Positions 1 through 23,609 of a DNA stretch of 64,000 nucleotides are shown in pieces; the stretch's first letter is position 1; the number at the start of each line of letters is the position of its first letter. Made by a program: the position numbers and the translations under genes. The notes below the pieces were generated by a model. The model made no database searches and was not told the DNA's origin. It saw only the letters and a program-made list of their open reading frames with translations. The stretch is from assembly GCA_965202985.1 (NCBI GenBank), contig CBDBCF010000001.1, forward strand, positions 704,001 to 768,000. The letters are read 5' to 3'. This DNA is from Longimicrobiales bacterium (lineage in GTDB: Bacteria > Gemmatimonadota > Gemmatimonadetes > Longimicrobiales > Gaopeijiaceae).

Positions 1-744
1 CTCCGGGGGCGTTTCTCGCAGGTCTTCCAGGTTCATGGACACTTGAAGGCGTCGCTGTCGGGGAAGCAGAACTGCCATGGCCCTGAGGCCGCGAAAGCCG
101 CCTCCGGTCTCGCGCACGGCAGCGGCGATGCGCCGGGCGGCGACCAAGTCCACGCCTTCCAGGTCCACGTTCCAGGCCAGCAGCACCGGGCGCGCGCCGA
201 CGCACGTCGCGCCAGCCGACGGATGCGCGAACGTGTGCACGGGAAGGCCCGCCGCGTCCAGACCCTGCAGGTCCGCGGCCGGGCGGCTACCGGGGGCCGC
301 GCGGGCCAGCGCCTCGTAGCCGCCGCGACGGATCGCGGCCAGTCCCCTGCCCGGCGGCCGCGAGGCGCGCCCGTAGAAGTACACGGGGACCCCCAGGCCA
401 GCGATTCGATCTCCAGCGCGACGCGCGCACGCGGCCGCGTCGTCCATGGAGAGCCCGCGGAGCGGCACGAAGGGAAGCACGTCCAGCGCCCCGACGCGGG
501 GATGCACGCCCTGGTGGCGGCGCAGGTCGATCCAGTCCACGGCCAGAGCGGCTGCGGACACGGCACCGTCTTCGACCGCGCCGGGAGGGCCCAGGACCGT
601 GACCACCGAGCGGTGGTGGTCGGGATCGGACGAAGCGTCCACCACGTCGCAGCCGGTCCGCTCGAAGGCGGCGGCGGCGGCGGTCGCGAACGCCGCGTCC
701 CTGCCCTCGCTGAAGTTGGGGACCGCCTGCAGGACCGGGGTCAC
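1..744 (-). CDS. ftcd: glutamate formiminotransferase (3' end runs off window)
   Basis: Manual translation from GTG at 744: MTPVLQAVPNFSEGRD...SDPDHHRSVVT...IDLRRHQGVHPRVGALDVLPFVPL. The VPNFSEGR and HPRxGAxDVxPF motifs are diagnostic. Absent from the ORF track because its stop lies outside the window. Confidence 0.9.
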   Translation of the reverse strand, partial: MTPVLQAVPNFSEGRDAAFATAAAAAFERTGCDVVDASSDPDHHRSVVTVLGPPGAVEDGAVSAAALAVDWIDLRRHQGVHPRVGALDVLPFVPLRGLSMDDAAACARRAGDRIAGLGVPVYFYGRASRPPGRGLAAIRRGGYEALARAAPGSRPAADLQGLDAAGLPVHTFAHPSAGATCVGARPVLLAWNVDLEGVDLVAARRIAAAVRETGGGFRGLRAMAVLLPRQRRLQVSMNLEDLRETPPE

Positions 745-829
745 GGCCGGCGCCGGGGGCACGCTTCGTTCGTAGCGCGTTCGGGGGCGGGCGGGCTCCC
801 GGGCCGGGCCGGCGCCGGTCGGCAAGCGC

Positions 830-1984
830 CTACCCGATGCCCGGCTCCGCGGGGTTCAGGCTGGGGTTGTCGGCCTGGGTTTGGAACGCCCAGTCGAAGA
901 CGATCAGCTCGCGTCCGTCCTGGTCGGCGCCGGTCGCAGCGATCCTCGCGACGCCGTACCTCCGCCGCCCGTCCGCGTCCGTGACTCGGAAGACGTAGGC
1001 GTGAAACGTCTCCACCGCCGCGGGCGCGGACGAGTACCCCGTCCGGGGCGCCAATTCCCACGACACGCAGTCCGAATCCGCTCCGGGTCCGCACTTCAGC
1101 GCCGAGGTCCAGCGGCTTTCGGAATGGACCTCGACGCGCCGCCCCGGCATGATCCAAAGTCCACGGGCGTCCGCCTCCAGCCGGAAGTGGCGGGCGGGAT
1201 CGTTGCCCGGAAGCACGGCCTGGACGCTGTCCGCGCTGCGAAAGCGAAAGCCTGAGGCGGCGGCGCTGTCCCGATGCGCGTACACCACCTCGCCCGCGTA
1301 GTCGGGCCTCGGGGTGGCGCGGACTTGCGCGCTGAACCCGCTCTCGTGGCCCTGGTCGTCCAAGGACGTGACGCGGTAGCTGTAGGTGTGCCCATTCTCC
1401 ACCAGCATGTCCATGAAGCCCGGCGAATCCGTCTCGCCCAGGAAGAAGTCGTCCTCGTCCGTCGTGGAGTACACTCGGTAGGCGGCGAAGTCCGCTTCTT
1501 CGGACGGCCCGTCGCCCCAAGACAGGTAGACCGCGCCGTCCAGCGCGGCCGCCGCGACGTCCCTGGGTGCCGGCGGCGGCACGGGCCGGGGCACGAAGAC
1601 CTCCACTCGCCGGGTGGCCGCTTCGGCGCCCGAACGGGGGTCGACCGCAGCCACGTAGTACTCGTAGCTGTTCTCCGCCGCCACGTTCGTGTCGCGGTAC
1701 TGGCATCGGCCCGCGGCGCAGCTGGTGACCTCCGCGATCAGGAAGTCGTCGGGGTCCTGCACGCGCTTGCCGTAGACGCGAAAGGCCTCTCCGTCCCATC
1801 CCGCGCCCAGCCGCCACGACAGGTCCACGCCCTCTGCGTAGTAGAAGGCCTCCAGCGACCGCGGAGCGCTGGGCGCGCGCCCGTCCACGATCACCAGGTC
1901 CGCGTCTTCGTCGCAGGCGACCGTTAGCGCTGCCGCCGCCCCCGCCACCAACCACCTTGCCGCCGTCGCCCGCGATCCTCTCAT
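830..1984 (-). CDS. lipoprotein with fibronectin type III-like domains
   Basis: Signal peptide with lipobox LTVA-C; two FN3-like units (P..P..L.A.....V.LSW, YEYYVAAVD, YSYRVTSLD). Confidence 0.75.
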   Translation of the reverse strand: MRGSRATAARWLVAGAAAALTVACDEDADLVIVDGRAPSAPRSLEAFYYAEGVDLSWRLGAGWDGEAFRVYGKRVQDPDDFLIAEVTSCAAGRCQYRDTNVAAENSYEYYVAAVDPRSGAEAATRRVEVFVPRPVPPPAPRDVAAAALDGAVYLSWGDGPSEEADFAAYRVYSTTDEDDFFLGETDSPGFMDMLVENGHTYSYRVTSLDDQGHESGFSAQVRATPRPDYAGEVVYAHRDSAAASGFRFRSADSVQAVLPGNDPARHFRLEADARGLWIMPGRRVEVHSESRWTSALKCGPGADSDCVSWELAPRTGYSSAPAAVETFHAYVFRVTDADGRRRYGVARIAATGADQDGRELIVFDWAFQTQADNPSLNPAEPGIG

Positions 1985-2128
1985 CTTGCGCTTCTCCTGT
2001 CGCCCGGTCCGCCCGCGGGCGGGGATGCGGCCCCCCGGAAGGCGGGGGACTCTCGGCGAAACACTGTTGCAAGGTTCGTGCCAAAACTGGTTCCGGGCGA
2101 AGCCGGCTTCTCCGCGGAGACGCGAAGA

Positions 2129-5041
2129 TCAGCGCCGTTCGCCGCCGCCGGTGCGCTGCTCGTAGTCGAAGTGCAGGTCGCGGTTGTCGGACAGGGCGAC
2201 CTCGAACATGAAGCTCCAGTTGCCCGTGGCGGTCTGGCGAAAGGAGAAGTCGGCCTCCCAGCGGTGCAGGTCGCGCTGCAGGCTGATGATGTGGTCGTTG
2301 AAGCGACTGGCCGCCACGTCGTAGGAGGTCCGCCAGTTCACGGACCACTTGTCGGTCGGCTGGAACCGCAGGTTCGCCTGCACCATCTGGTTGGCCTGCC
2401 CGCTCGCGCCGAACCCGCCGCCGTCCCGCGACCGCGCCAGCGAGTACGAGAAGGAGGCGTTCCACTGTCCGGTACCTCCGTCCGACGGCCGGTGGCGCTC
2501 CGAGTCGCGGTCGCGCTCCTGGCCGAAGCCCGGCACCACAGTCGCCTCGCCCAGGTCCGCGGACTCGAGGCCGGCCGGATCCAGGGCGTCCTCCGCGTCC
2601 TCGCCCTGTGCGTCGTCCGCCGGCACCGGATCGGCCTCTTCCTCTTCCCCGCCCCCCAGTCGCCGCAGCCAGCGGAAGACGGAGGACTGGTTGCTCAGCG
2701 AAAAGGACATGTTCATGCTGGACATGAACGGCGCAAACGCGCGCGCGCCGCCTTCGGCCCCCGCTCCCGAGTCGTCAAAGACATCGTGTTCCACCGACAG
2801 CGACAGGCCTCGCAGGTAGTCGGAGCTGACCTGGTTGGAGATCGTCAGGTTGTCGGCGAACCCGCGCGTGAAGTGGCCGCGTCGGCTGGCTTCCTCGAAG
2901 TCGTAGGACACGGCGCTGGTGCGGATGGCCAGCAGCATGGTCTTCTGCGACTGCGGCGCACGCCGGGGGCCGTCGGCGTTCTCCGGATCGGCCGCCGCCT
3001 GGGCGGAATCCGCTTCCTCGTCTCCCGTGCGGGCCTCGAAGGTCTGGGTCAGGCTGAAGCGCAGTTCGTTCCTGGGCTGTATCGCCCGGTCGCCGAAGGT
3101 GGCGGCCTGCACCGGCGTGGGTCGGGTCTCGGGCGAGTACGCGTACTCGAAGCTGGGCGACAGCTTGTGGCGCACGCGGTCCCCGCGGTAGAAGCCGTAG
3201 ATGTCCGACTTGAGCTGCGCTCCGAACGAGATGCGCCGGGGAGCGGACACGAAGCCGCCCTCCTCCACCGAGGTCGTGTCGGAACGGATGGCGCGACCGG
3301 ACATGGAGAGGCGGGGCGTCAGCGTCGTCGAGCCCACGAGCGTGCGCTGGTAGTCGATGCTGGCCGACCAGCGGAGCTCCTGGGCCGTGAAGTCGATCGG
3401 GTCGCCGGCCAGGTCGCCCACGCTGCCGGTCCCGGTGGCGGGCAGGTCGAAGAAGCCGGCGGGCAGGTCCAGCGTGGAGTTCCGGGTCAGGTCGAAGCTC
3501 TGCGAGATCGAGAGCGCGCCGGCCGACAGGGTGGAGGAGAAGCCGCCGTCCATGTTCTCGGTGTCGGCCAGGCCGAAGCTGAACGGGTTCTCCGACAGGT
3601 CCTGTTCGGGCTGGTCTCGGATGGAGCGGGAGAAGCGGCCCGACGCCGACAGGGTCATGTTGTTGTAGAAGCGGGAGCGGTTGAGCGGCGCCGCGAACAG
3701 CGTGATCGTGGACAGGGACAGGTTGGCCGTGGGCAGGGTCATCTCCACGCGGTCGTCGGACAGGAACTGGCGCCGGTTCGCGCCCACCGAGAGCGTGCCC
3801 CAGTCGAAGCGCCGGTTCAGGCCGCCGTCGGAGTCGATCGACTGCGTGACCTCGCGCGGATCGAAGGAGTTCTGCCGCACGAAGTCGGCGCTGGAAGCGT
3901 AGCGGGCCGACAGGCGCAGGCTGGTGCGCTCCGACATCTCCCAGTCGTGGTTGGTGTCGAAGGCTAGCTCGGAGCCGCCGCCGGTGCGCCAGAAGCGCCG
4001 GAAGTTGGCCCTGCCCTGCAGGAACTGGCGCAGCCACCGGTAGCGGAAGCCGCCCGTGACGGCGGCGTAGTTGCCGCTCCACCAGTCCAAGGCCATTTCG
4101 GCGTCGGTGTAGTCGCTCATGGCCCAGTAGTAGCCCAGGTTGGAGATGCGGCGGGAGTAGCTGCCCGACGCCCGCACGATGTCGTTCACGGAGAACTGGA
4201 TCGGCAGCAACCCGGAGCGCCGGCCTTGGCGGGTGCTTTGCGCGATGAACGGCAGCCACAGGACTCCCACGTCCGAGAAGTAGAGGAAGACGTTGCGCGC
4301 CACCATCGTGCCGCCGGGGCTCACCTTGATCTCGCGGGCCACGAAGTGGTAGTGGGGCTCGTCCTCTTCGCAGCTGGTGAACATGATGTGGTGTCCGAAC
4401 GACTCGTCCTGGCTCACGAAGGGGAAGTCGCCACGGACGATCCACTCGCCCATGCCGGCGTTCATCCGGGTCTCCGCGTCGGTCGCCGTGCCCCGGTTTT
4501 CGTTCAGGTCGAAGACGATCCGCCGCGTGCGCACCTCGTCGCCTTGCGCCGGCTTGTACAGGGCCTCCTGGCCCACCGTGACCAAGCGGCCCGTCCCTTC
4601 GTCGAAGACAAGGGCCGAATCGGCGGACAGCTCCACGCCTTGGCGGTTGAGCACGGCGCTCCCGTTTTCGGAGCCCGTCAGGGTAAGAACTCGGGACTCG
4701 GTCTCGAAGCGGGCGGCCTGTCCCCTGTACTGGACCATGTCGTAGCCGGGGAGCGCCATGAGCGCCTGCAGCACCGAGTCGTCGGCGGCCGGCGCCGCGC
4801 CCGCGTTCAAGGAGTCGATCGGTGCGAGGCCGGTGGAGTCGCCCAGCGGGCGCGCCAAGCGCTCCAGCCGAGACCGAACGGCTTCTCGCAGCGAGTCCGG
4901 CAGCTCTTGGGAGACGGCGGGACGCGGGGCGGCGGCGCCCAGGAGGACCAGCGCGAGAAGTGCGCCGCGAGCTACGGGCGGTCGCAGGCTGGTGGGCTGC
5001 CGGACGAGCCGGGGGGGGCGCTTAGTCGGTCGGGGCGTCAC
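2129..5041 (-). CDS. lptD: putative LPS assembly protein LptD (outer-membrane beta-barrel)
   Basis: Signal peptide, FTSC...PHYHF...IKV motif, SGLLP and NLGYYWAMSDY segments, C-terminal RDLHRW. Start uncertain; the ORF-track start at 5182 overlaps tatC. Confidence 0.8.
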   Translation of the reverse strand: MTPRPTKRPPRLVRQPTSLRPPVARGALLALVLLGAAAPRPAVSQELPDSLREAVRSRLERLARPLGDSTGLAPIDSLNAGAAPAADDSVLQALMALPGYDMVQYRGQAARFETESRVLTLTGSENGSAVLNRQGVELSADSALVFDEGTGRLVTVGQEALYKPAQGDEVRTRRIVFDLNENRGTATDAETRMNAGMGEWIVRGDFPFVSQDESFGHHIMFTSCEEDEPHYHFVAREIKVSPGGTMVARNVFLYFSDVGVLWLPFIAQSTRQGRRSGLLPIQFSVNDIVRASGSYSRRISNLGYYWAMSDYTDAEMALDWWSGNYAAVTGGFRYRWLRQFLQGRANFRRFWRTGGGSELAFDTNHDWEMSERTSLRLSARYASSADFVRQNSFDPREVTQSIDSDGGLNRRFDWGTLSVGANRRQFLSDDRVEMTLPTANLSLSTITLFAAPLNRSRFYNNMTLSASGRFSRSIRDQPEQDLSENPFSFGLADTENMDGGFSSTLSAGALSISQSFDLTRNSTLDLPAGFFDLPATGTGSVGDLAGDPIDFTAQELRWSASIDYQRTLVGSTTLTPRLSMSGRAIRSDTTSVEEGGFVSAPRRISFGAQLKSDIYGFYRGDRVRHKLSPSFEYAYSPETRPTPVQAATFGDRAIQPRNELRFSLTQTFEARTGDEEADSAQAAADPENADGPRRAPQSQKTMLLAIRTSAVSYDFEEASRRGHFTRGFADNLTISNQVSSDYLRGLSLSVEHDVFDDSGAGAEGGARAFAPFMSSMNMSFSLSNQSSVFRWLRRLGGGEEEEADPVPADDAQGEDAEDALDPAGLESADLGEATVVPGFGQERDRDSERHRPSDGGTGQWNASFSYSLARSRDGGGFGASGQANQMVQANLRFQPTDKWSVNWRTSYDVAASRFNDHIISLQRDLHRWEADFSFRQTATGNWSFMFEVALSDNRDLHFDYEQRTGGGERR

Positions 5042-5999
5042 GAGCGTCGTCCGGGGTCGCTGGCTCGGGGCCGGGCGGGGGGTCGTCCGGGTCGTCGTCG
5101 GCAGGGTCGTCGTGGGGGGCCGGGTCCGCGGGGGCGGGGCCGCCGTCGGCGGCCGGGTCGGCAGTCCGAGCGGGGTCCCCATGCGTGTAGGGGTCGCTGG
5201 CGGGGACGGCGTCTTCGGGGGGCGGGCTCGCCTCGGGGACGCCCTGGGTCCGCTCCCTTCGCCGTCGCCACATGACGGTGGAGAGCACGATGCTGAACTC
5301 GTACAGGAGCGCCAGGGGCACCATCATGAGCAGCGATACGCTGATCACGTCGCCCGGCGACAAGGCGCACGCCAACACCGTGATCGCCACGATCGCGTAG
5401 CGCCGCTTCTCCCGCAGGAACGTCGGCGTCACGAGGCCCAGCGCGCTCAGGATCATGACCACCACGGGCAACTGGAAGACGACGCCGAACGCGAGCAGCA
5501 GGTTGACGACGAAGCCGATGTACGCGGGTCCCGTCCACGACGGCTCCATGAGTTCGGACATGAAGCCCATGAGAAAGCGGAGCGTGATCGGCAAGGCGAT
5601 CAGGTACGCCAACGCCACGCCGGCCGCGAAGAGGACCAGTCCCAGGTACAGAGCCGGCACGATGGCCCGCTTCTCGTGCTTCTCCAGGGCGGGCGACAGG
5701 AACGACCACGCGTGGTACACGACGATCGGAGACGCCAGAAGGACTCCCAGCGTCAGCGACACCTTCAGAAAGACGAAGAAGGCGTCCGTTGGGGCAAGAT
5801 AGATCAGGCGCCGGTCTTCGCCGAAGAGCGCTTCGACCGGGGACAGCAGGAAGCCCGGGACGTCCAGGTAATGGACGACGGCGAGTCCGACCCCGAAGCC
5901 CACGACCACGGCCAGCAGGCTCCAAAGAAGCCGCCAGCGCAACTCCTCCAAGTGGTCCAGGAAGGGCATCTCGGCCTTGGGGTTGACTCGGGCGCGCAT
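5022..5999 (-). CDS. tatC: twin-arginine translocase subunit TatC
   Basis: EMPFLDHLEELRWRL, about 6 TM segments, FQLP, SPGD..S, LYEFSI; Pro/Asp-rich C-terminal tail. Confidence 0.95.
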   Translation of the reverse strand: MRARVNPKAEMPFLDHLEELRWRLLWSLLAVVVGFGVGLAVVHYLDVPGFLLSPVEALFGEDRRLIYLAPTDAFFVFLKVSLTLGVLLASPIVVYHAWSFLSPALEKHEKRAIVPALYLGLVLFAAGVALAYLIALPITLRFLMGFMSELMEPSWTGPAYIGFVVNLLLAFGVVFQLPVVVMILSALGLVTPTFLREKRRYAIVAITVLACALSPGDVISVSLLMMVPLALLYEFSIVLSTVMWRRRRERTQGVPEASPPPEDAVPASDPYTHGDPARTADPAADGGPAPADPAPHDDPADDDPDDPPPGPEPATPDDARDAPTD

Positions 6000-6003
6000 C
6001 GCT

Positions 6004-6528
6004 CTAGTCGCCTTCCTCCTCGGGGTCCTCGTCCAGGGGAAGTTCGGGCTGGTCGCGGGCCTGGCGCTCCCGGCGGTCGCGGATGTTCAGTTCGTCCACC
6101 ACCTCTTGAAACTCGTCGATGTCCTGGAAGTTGCGGTACACGGAGGCGTAGCGGACATAGGCGACTCGGTCCAGCGGCTTCAGGCCCTCCATGACGAGTT
6201 CGCCGATTCGGGCCGACGGGGCCTCGTCGCCGGACGCGCTGGCGAGCTCGTCTTCGATCCGGTCCACCAGCGCCTCGATCCGGACCGGCGAGACGGGCCG
6301 CTTGGCGCAAGCCGTCGCGATGCCTTGCCGCAGCTTGTCGCGTCTAAAGTCCTGCGGACTGCCGTCCCGCTTCAGGACTTGCAGGGGCCGATCGTCCAAG
6401 GACTCGTACGTGGTGAAGCGCGCCTTGCAGTCCAGGCACTCGCGACGGCGACGGATGGCGGCACCGTTCCGGGCCGTCCGAGAGTCCACGACCTTGCTCG
6501 TGCTCGAGCCGCAACCGGGGCACCGCAT
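6004..6528 (-). CDS. nrdR: transcriptional repressor NrdR
   Basis: MRCPGC...KVVDSR...RRRREC..C..RFTTYE zinc ribbon plus ATP cone; AYVRYASVYRNF. Confidence 0.97.
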   Translation of the reverse strand: MRCPGCGSSTSKVVDSRTARNGAAIRRRRECLDCKARFTTYESLDDRPLQVLKRDGSPQDFRRDKLRQGIATACAKRPVSPVRIEALVDRIEDELASASGDEAPSARIGELVMEGLKPLDRVAYVRYASVYRNFQDIDEFQEVVDELNIRDRRERQARDQPELPLDEDPEEEGD

Positions 6529-6598
6529 GACCTAGCCCGACGGCCCGACGGGAAGGAGAAGCCGCCGGGAAACAGAAAGCCGGCCCCTCAGCAGGCCT

Positions 6599-7468
6599 TC
6601 ACGGACATTCCTGAAGCCTTTCCCGGGCCCTGGCGGCCAGCCGGTGTTCGGCGTAGGACTCGGCAAGACGGCCCCAGTGCTCGCGGGTTTGGTCGCAGTC
6701 GTCCAGCTCCAGGAACAGGGCACCCGCCCGGTAGAGGGCGTCGGGGACGACGTCCGCCGTCGGAAAAAGCTCGGGGATGCGCAGGTAGTAGGCGACCGCC
6801 TCGTCCAAGAGATCGTCTTGGGAGGAGAGTTCGCCCAGGTGCAGATAGGCGGCGGGCGTGAACTCGTGGTTGGGAAACTCTTCCACGAATCCGGCGAAGC
6901 CCTGCTTCGCGATCACGAAGTTGCCCCGGTCCAGGTGCTGGACCAGCGCTTGGTAGTTCTGCCGGCCGATCTCGGGATCGGGGGCGGGAGGTTCGGGCAC
7001 CGCATCCTCTTCGGCGTCCCCGGCCTCCGCCTCGGCAGTCTCGCGGGCCGCCCGCTGCCGCGCCATCTCCCGGCGCTGCGCGCTCACGTCCTGCCGAAGG
7101 CTCTCCAGGCTGCGCTGGCTCTGGCCGGCAAGCTCGCCCATACGCAGCTGCTGCTCGCGGATCGCCACCAAGCGGCTGTTCACATCGCCCCGGAACTCGA
7201 AGAGCTCTCCCGTCAGCACCGCCAGCGAATCCAAGGCGCGCTCGTTGCCTCGGGCCACTGACGCCATGAGCGCCCGAAACGCCGAGTCCTGACGGGCGGC
7301 AAGGACGCGCAACTCCGCTCGCACATCCGCCACGTCCTGTCCCGTGGCGCAGGCGCCGGCGGTCAGCAGCAACACCGACACGCAGACGGCCGGTACCGCC
7401 CTGCGACCCGTCCAGCCGAGCCGGCCTCTGGCGCCGAAGTCCCGCCGGCCCAAGCGCGCCTCCCCCAT
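6599..7468 (-). CDS. cpoB: Tol-Pal-associated TPR lipoprotein CpoB/YbgF
   Basis: Lipobox TAGA-C, N-terminal coiled coil, C-terminal TPR repeats; directly downstream of pal. Confidence 0.8.
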   Translation of the reverse strand: MGEARLGRRDFGARGRLGWTGRRAVPAVCVSVLLLTAGACATGQDVADVRAELRVLAARQDSAFRALMASVARGNERALDSLAVLTGELFEFRGDVNSRLVAIREQQLRMGELAGQSQRSLESLRQDVSAQRREMARQRAARETAEAEAGDAEEDAVPEPPAPDPEIGRQNYQALVQHLDRGNFVIAKQGFAGFVEEFPNHEFTPAAYLHLGELSSQDDLLDEAVAYYLRIPELFPTADVVPDALYRAGALFLELDDCDQTREHWGRLAESYAEHRLAARARERLQECP

Positions 7469-7494
7469 TCCCCTCCCCCCGGTGGTCGGCCGGC

Positions 7495-8076
7495 TTAGCG
7501 GAGGTTGCCGCCTCCGGCCGTTATTACGAACTCGACCCGGCGGTTCCGCGCCCAGGCGGACTCGGTCGATCCCTGTGCGGCCGGCTGTTCCTCGCCGTAG
7601 GAGACCGACTCGAACCGGTTCGCGTCCAGGCCGAAGCCGCCGATGAACTCGATCACCGCCTCGGCGCGCGCATTGCCCAAGGCGATGTTGTACTCCGAGG
7701 TGCCCCGTTCGTCGGCGTGGCCCTCCATGCGGAGGCGCACGTCCGGGTTGCTCCGAAGGATCTCGGCCTTGGCCCGGAGCAGATCTTCGGTGTCCGACCG
7801 GATGGCGGCCTCGTCGTAGTCGAAGTAGACCGTCTCGACCAGCGTCCGGCGGTTCTCTTCGGCTTCCCGGGCGGCCTCTCGCTCCATGCGCTCCTGCTCG
7901 GCCCGCCTTGCCGCTTCCCGTTCGGCGCGGACCTGAGCGAGGGAGTCGAGCCGGCGCTGTTCCAGCTCTTCGGGCGTGGGGCCCGTGGGCGCGGGCGGGA
8001 GTTCGGGCTCCGCGCCGCAAGCGGCAAGGAACACGACGGCGGCGAGGGCGGCGGCAAACAGGCGATGGTTGGACAT
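7495..8076 (-). CDS. pal: peptidoglycan-associated lipoprotein Pal (OmpA family)
   Basis: Lipobox FLAA-C; VYFDYD, EGHADERGTSEYNIALG, SYGEE, NRRVEF. Confidence 0.95.
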   Translation of the reverse strand: MSNHRLFAAALAAVVFLAACGAEPELPPAPTGPTPEELEQRRLDSLAQVRAEREAARRAEQERMEREAAREAEENRRTLVETVYFDYDEAAIRSDTEDLLRAKAEILRSNPDVRLRMEGHADERGTSEYNIALGNARAEAVIEFIGGFGLDANRFESVSYGEEQPAAQGSTESAWARNRRVEFVITAGGGNLR

Positions 8077-8139
8077 CCCGTCTCCGATTATGCTGTGGAG
8101 GTCACGTTGTGGCGAAGGCGGCTTCGGTTTGGTTGTTGT

Positions 8140-8168
8140 AGAATATGCAAGCGGTCCCGCATTTGCAA
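8140..8168 (-). promoter_or_regulatory. sigma70-like promoter upstream of pal
   Basis: Minus strand TTGCAA-17 nt-TATTCT in an AT-richer intergenic stretch about 65 nt upstream of the pal ATG. Confidence 0.55.
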
Positions 8169-8298
8169 GCAAGCAGCACCGGCGCGCGTGTCGAACCACA
8201 GTAAAAATGTCCGGGAGCAGTAGAACGAGCGAACGAGTGCCGCGGCATCCGGACGATTGCCTCGGGCTCGTCTCGAGATCGTGATTCGCCGGCTCCCG

Positions 8299-21978
<13,680 letters not shown>

Positions 21979-22055
21979 TTTCGGCATGTCCTCACCGTCC
22001 GAAAGGGCTCTTGTCTTGTCCCAGCGTAAGCTGGGAAGTTGGGAAGATTTCGGCG

Positions 22056-23609
22056 TCAAGTCAACGGGATCGGCGTACCGGCGGGAGATCGTCGCCCTGG
22101 TCCGCTCGGGACGGTCGCCGGAGGCCGTGGCGCGCGAGTTCGAGCCGTCGGCCGCCAACCTACGCCCGCGGATGGGCCGCCTTGTAGACGCGGCGCAGCC
22201 GCTCCTTGGACGCCGGGCGACGCCAGCGAGGGCGACCAGTCCGTGTCTTCGGCTTCGACGCCCGCGACGAGAATGCGGGTGCGGCCCGTTGCCGCGTCGA
22301 CCACGAAGACGCCGTGCCCGTAGCTGCGTTCGCCGGTAAACACGATGTGCCTGGAGTCGGGTGCCCAGCTCGGGTCTTCGTTGTTCCCTTCCGTGGTAAG
22401 CTGAACCAGGCGTCCCTCGCCGCCTTGGGTGTCGGCAACCAGGATTTGGAAGCGGGTGCGACGTCCTTCGGCGCGCCCGGAGAAGGCGACCTGCGTGGAG
22501 GCGGGGGACCAGTCGGGGTCGGTGAAGTGGCCACCTTCTCCGTACTGGTAGGGCGACAGCAGGACGGCCTCGCCGCCCGTGGACGGCATGACGTAGATCT
22601 GGGGGGTGGCGGTGCCCAGACGGCTGGACGTGAAGGCGACCTGCCGGCCGCCCGGCGAATAGGTGGGCTGCAGGTCGATGTGGTTGCCGCCGCCGATCCT
22701 GGACGGGTTGCAGCAGGCTCCGCGCAGGTCCACGGTGAACAGCTCGCTCCGGCGTCCGTTCAGGCGGGCGAAGGCGATCTCGCCCCCGTCCGGGTGGTAG
22801 GCGGGGGTGATCTGCTGGCCGTCGGCGCCGGTGGCCAGGGCCCGCGACTCCTCCGACGCCACGTCCATTTCGTACAGCGTCGGGAACCCGCCCTTCCACG
22901 ACACGTAGGCGATGCGCCCGCCGTCCGGAGACCACGCGGGCGAAGCGACCAAGTTCTCGTCCCAGGTGACGCGCCGCAGGTTCTCGCCGTCGGCGTCGAC
23001 CACGTACAGCTCCTTGCTGGTCGGGTCGTTGCGCGGCCGCATGGCGAAGGCGATCCGGCTCGCGGCCATCCCCGGTTCGCCCGTGATCCACTCCACGACG
23101 GCGTCGGAAGCGGCGTGCACGGCCAGCCGGAAGTCGGGATCGTCCGGCGCGGGAACGGAGAAGCGGCGACGCGCGCGCAGGTTGGCGAAGACCACGTCGT
23201 GGACCTCGATCTCCAGCACGAACCCTTCGGCGGTTCCGTCCAGCCCGCCCTTGACCAGCCAGTCCGCGCCCAGGCCGTCCCACAAGCCGTAGTCCACGCC
23301 CCTGCCGGCCAGCGCCGCGGGCAGGGAGTCGACGACTTGGAAGCGGTCGGAGTAGCGAAGGTCGCGGACCACGATGTCGTGGACGCCTTGGGCTTGGCTT
23401 TCTCCACCGAAGCGGCCTTCGAAGGGAAGCACCGCGATCGGCGGCACGTAGGTGGTCTCGTAGACGGTCCCCAGCGACACGCCGGGGATCGTCGCCTCCT
23501 CCTCTTGGGCAGCCAAGCCGTGCGCCCACGCCAAGACGCCGCCGGCCCACGCCGCGGCGCACCCGATCGCGAGGGGCCGTCGCCTGCCGGTGGGCGGTTG
23601 CCGGCGCAT
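22056..23609 (-). CDS. tolB: Tol-Pal system beta-propeller protein TolB
   Basis: Signal peptide, TolB N-domain (IAVLPF, DLRYSDRF), PD40 repeats (SPAWSPDG, PDWSP, PSWAPD); C-terminus extended by about 55 aa through the IS remnant. Confidence 0.9.
   Translation of the reverse strand: MRRQPPTGRRRPLAIGCAAAWAGGVLAWAHGLAAQEEEATIPGVSLGTVYETTYVPPIAVLPFEGRFGGESQAQGVHDIVVRDLRYSDRFQVVDSLPAALAGRGVDYGLWDGLGADWLVKGGLDGTAEGFVLEIEVHDVVFANLRARRRFSVPAPDDPDFRLAVHAASDAVVEWITGEPGMAASRIAFAMRPRNDPTSKELYVVDADGENLRRVTWDENLVASPAWSPDGGRIAYVSWKGGFPTLYEMDVASEESRALATGADGQQITPAYHPDGGEIAFARLNGRRSELFTVDLRGACCNPSRIGGGNHIDLQPTYSPGGRQVAFTSSRLGTATPQIYVMPSTGGEAVLLSPYQYGEGGHFTDPDWSPASTQVAFSGRAEGRRTRFQILVADTQGGEGRLVQLTTEGNNEDPSWAPDSRHIVFTGERSYGHGVFVVDAATGRTRILVAGVEAEDTDWSPSLASPGVQGAAAPRLQGGPSAGVGWRPTARTRAPRPPATVPSGPGRRSPAGTPIPLT
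22076..22165 (+). mobile_element. IS3-family transposase OrfA N-terminal HTH remnant
   Basis: Translates as YRREIVALVRSGRSPEAVAREFEPSAANLR, resembling the IS3 OrfA pattern FRRQMVELVRxGRxPEELAREFEPSAQxIRNW; no start codon, no OrfB, no inverted repeats seen. Confidence 0.65.

Noticed and set aside
22020..22037. Hairpin TCCCAGC-GTAA-GCTGGGA upstream of the adhesin
   Set aside because: There is no U-tract, and it cannot be assigned as a terminator or operator from sequence alone.
21988..23562. N-terminal extension that gives the 5087-aa ORF
   Set aside because: It overlaps tolB out of frame and is Arg-rich noise; the SD and signal peptide point to a start near 21978-21987.
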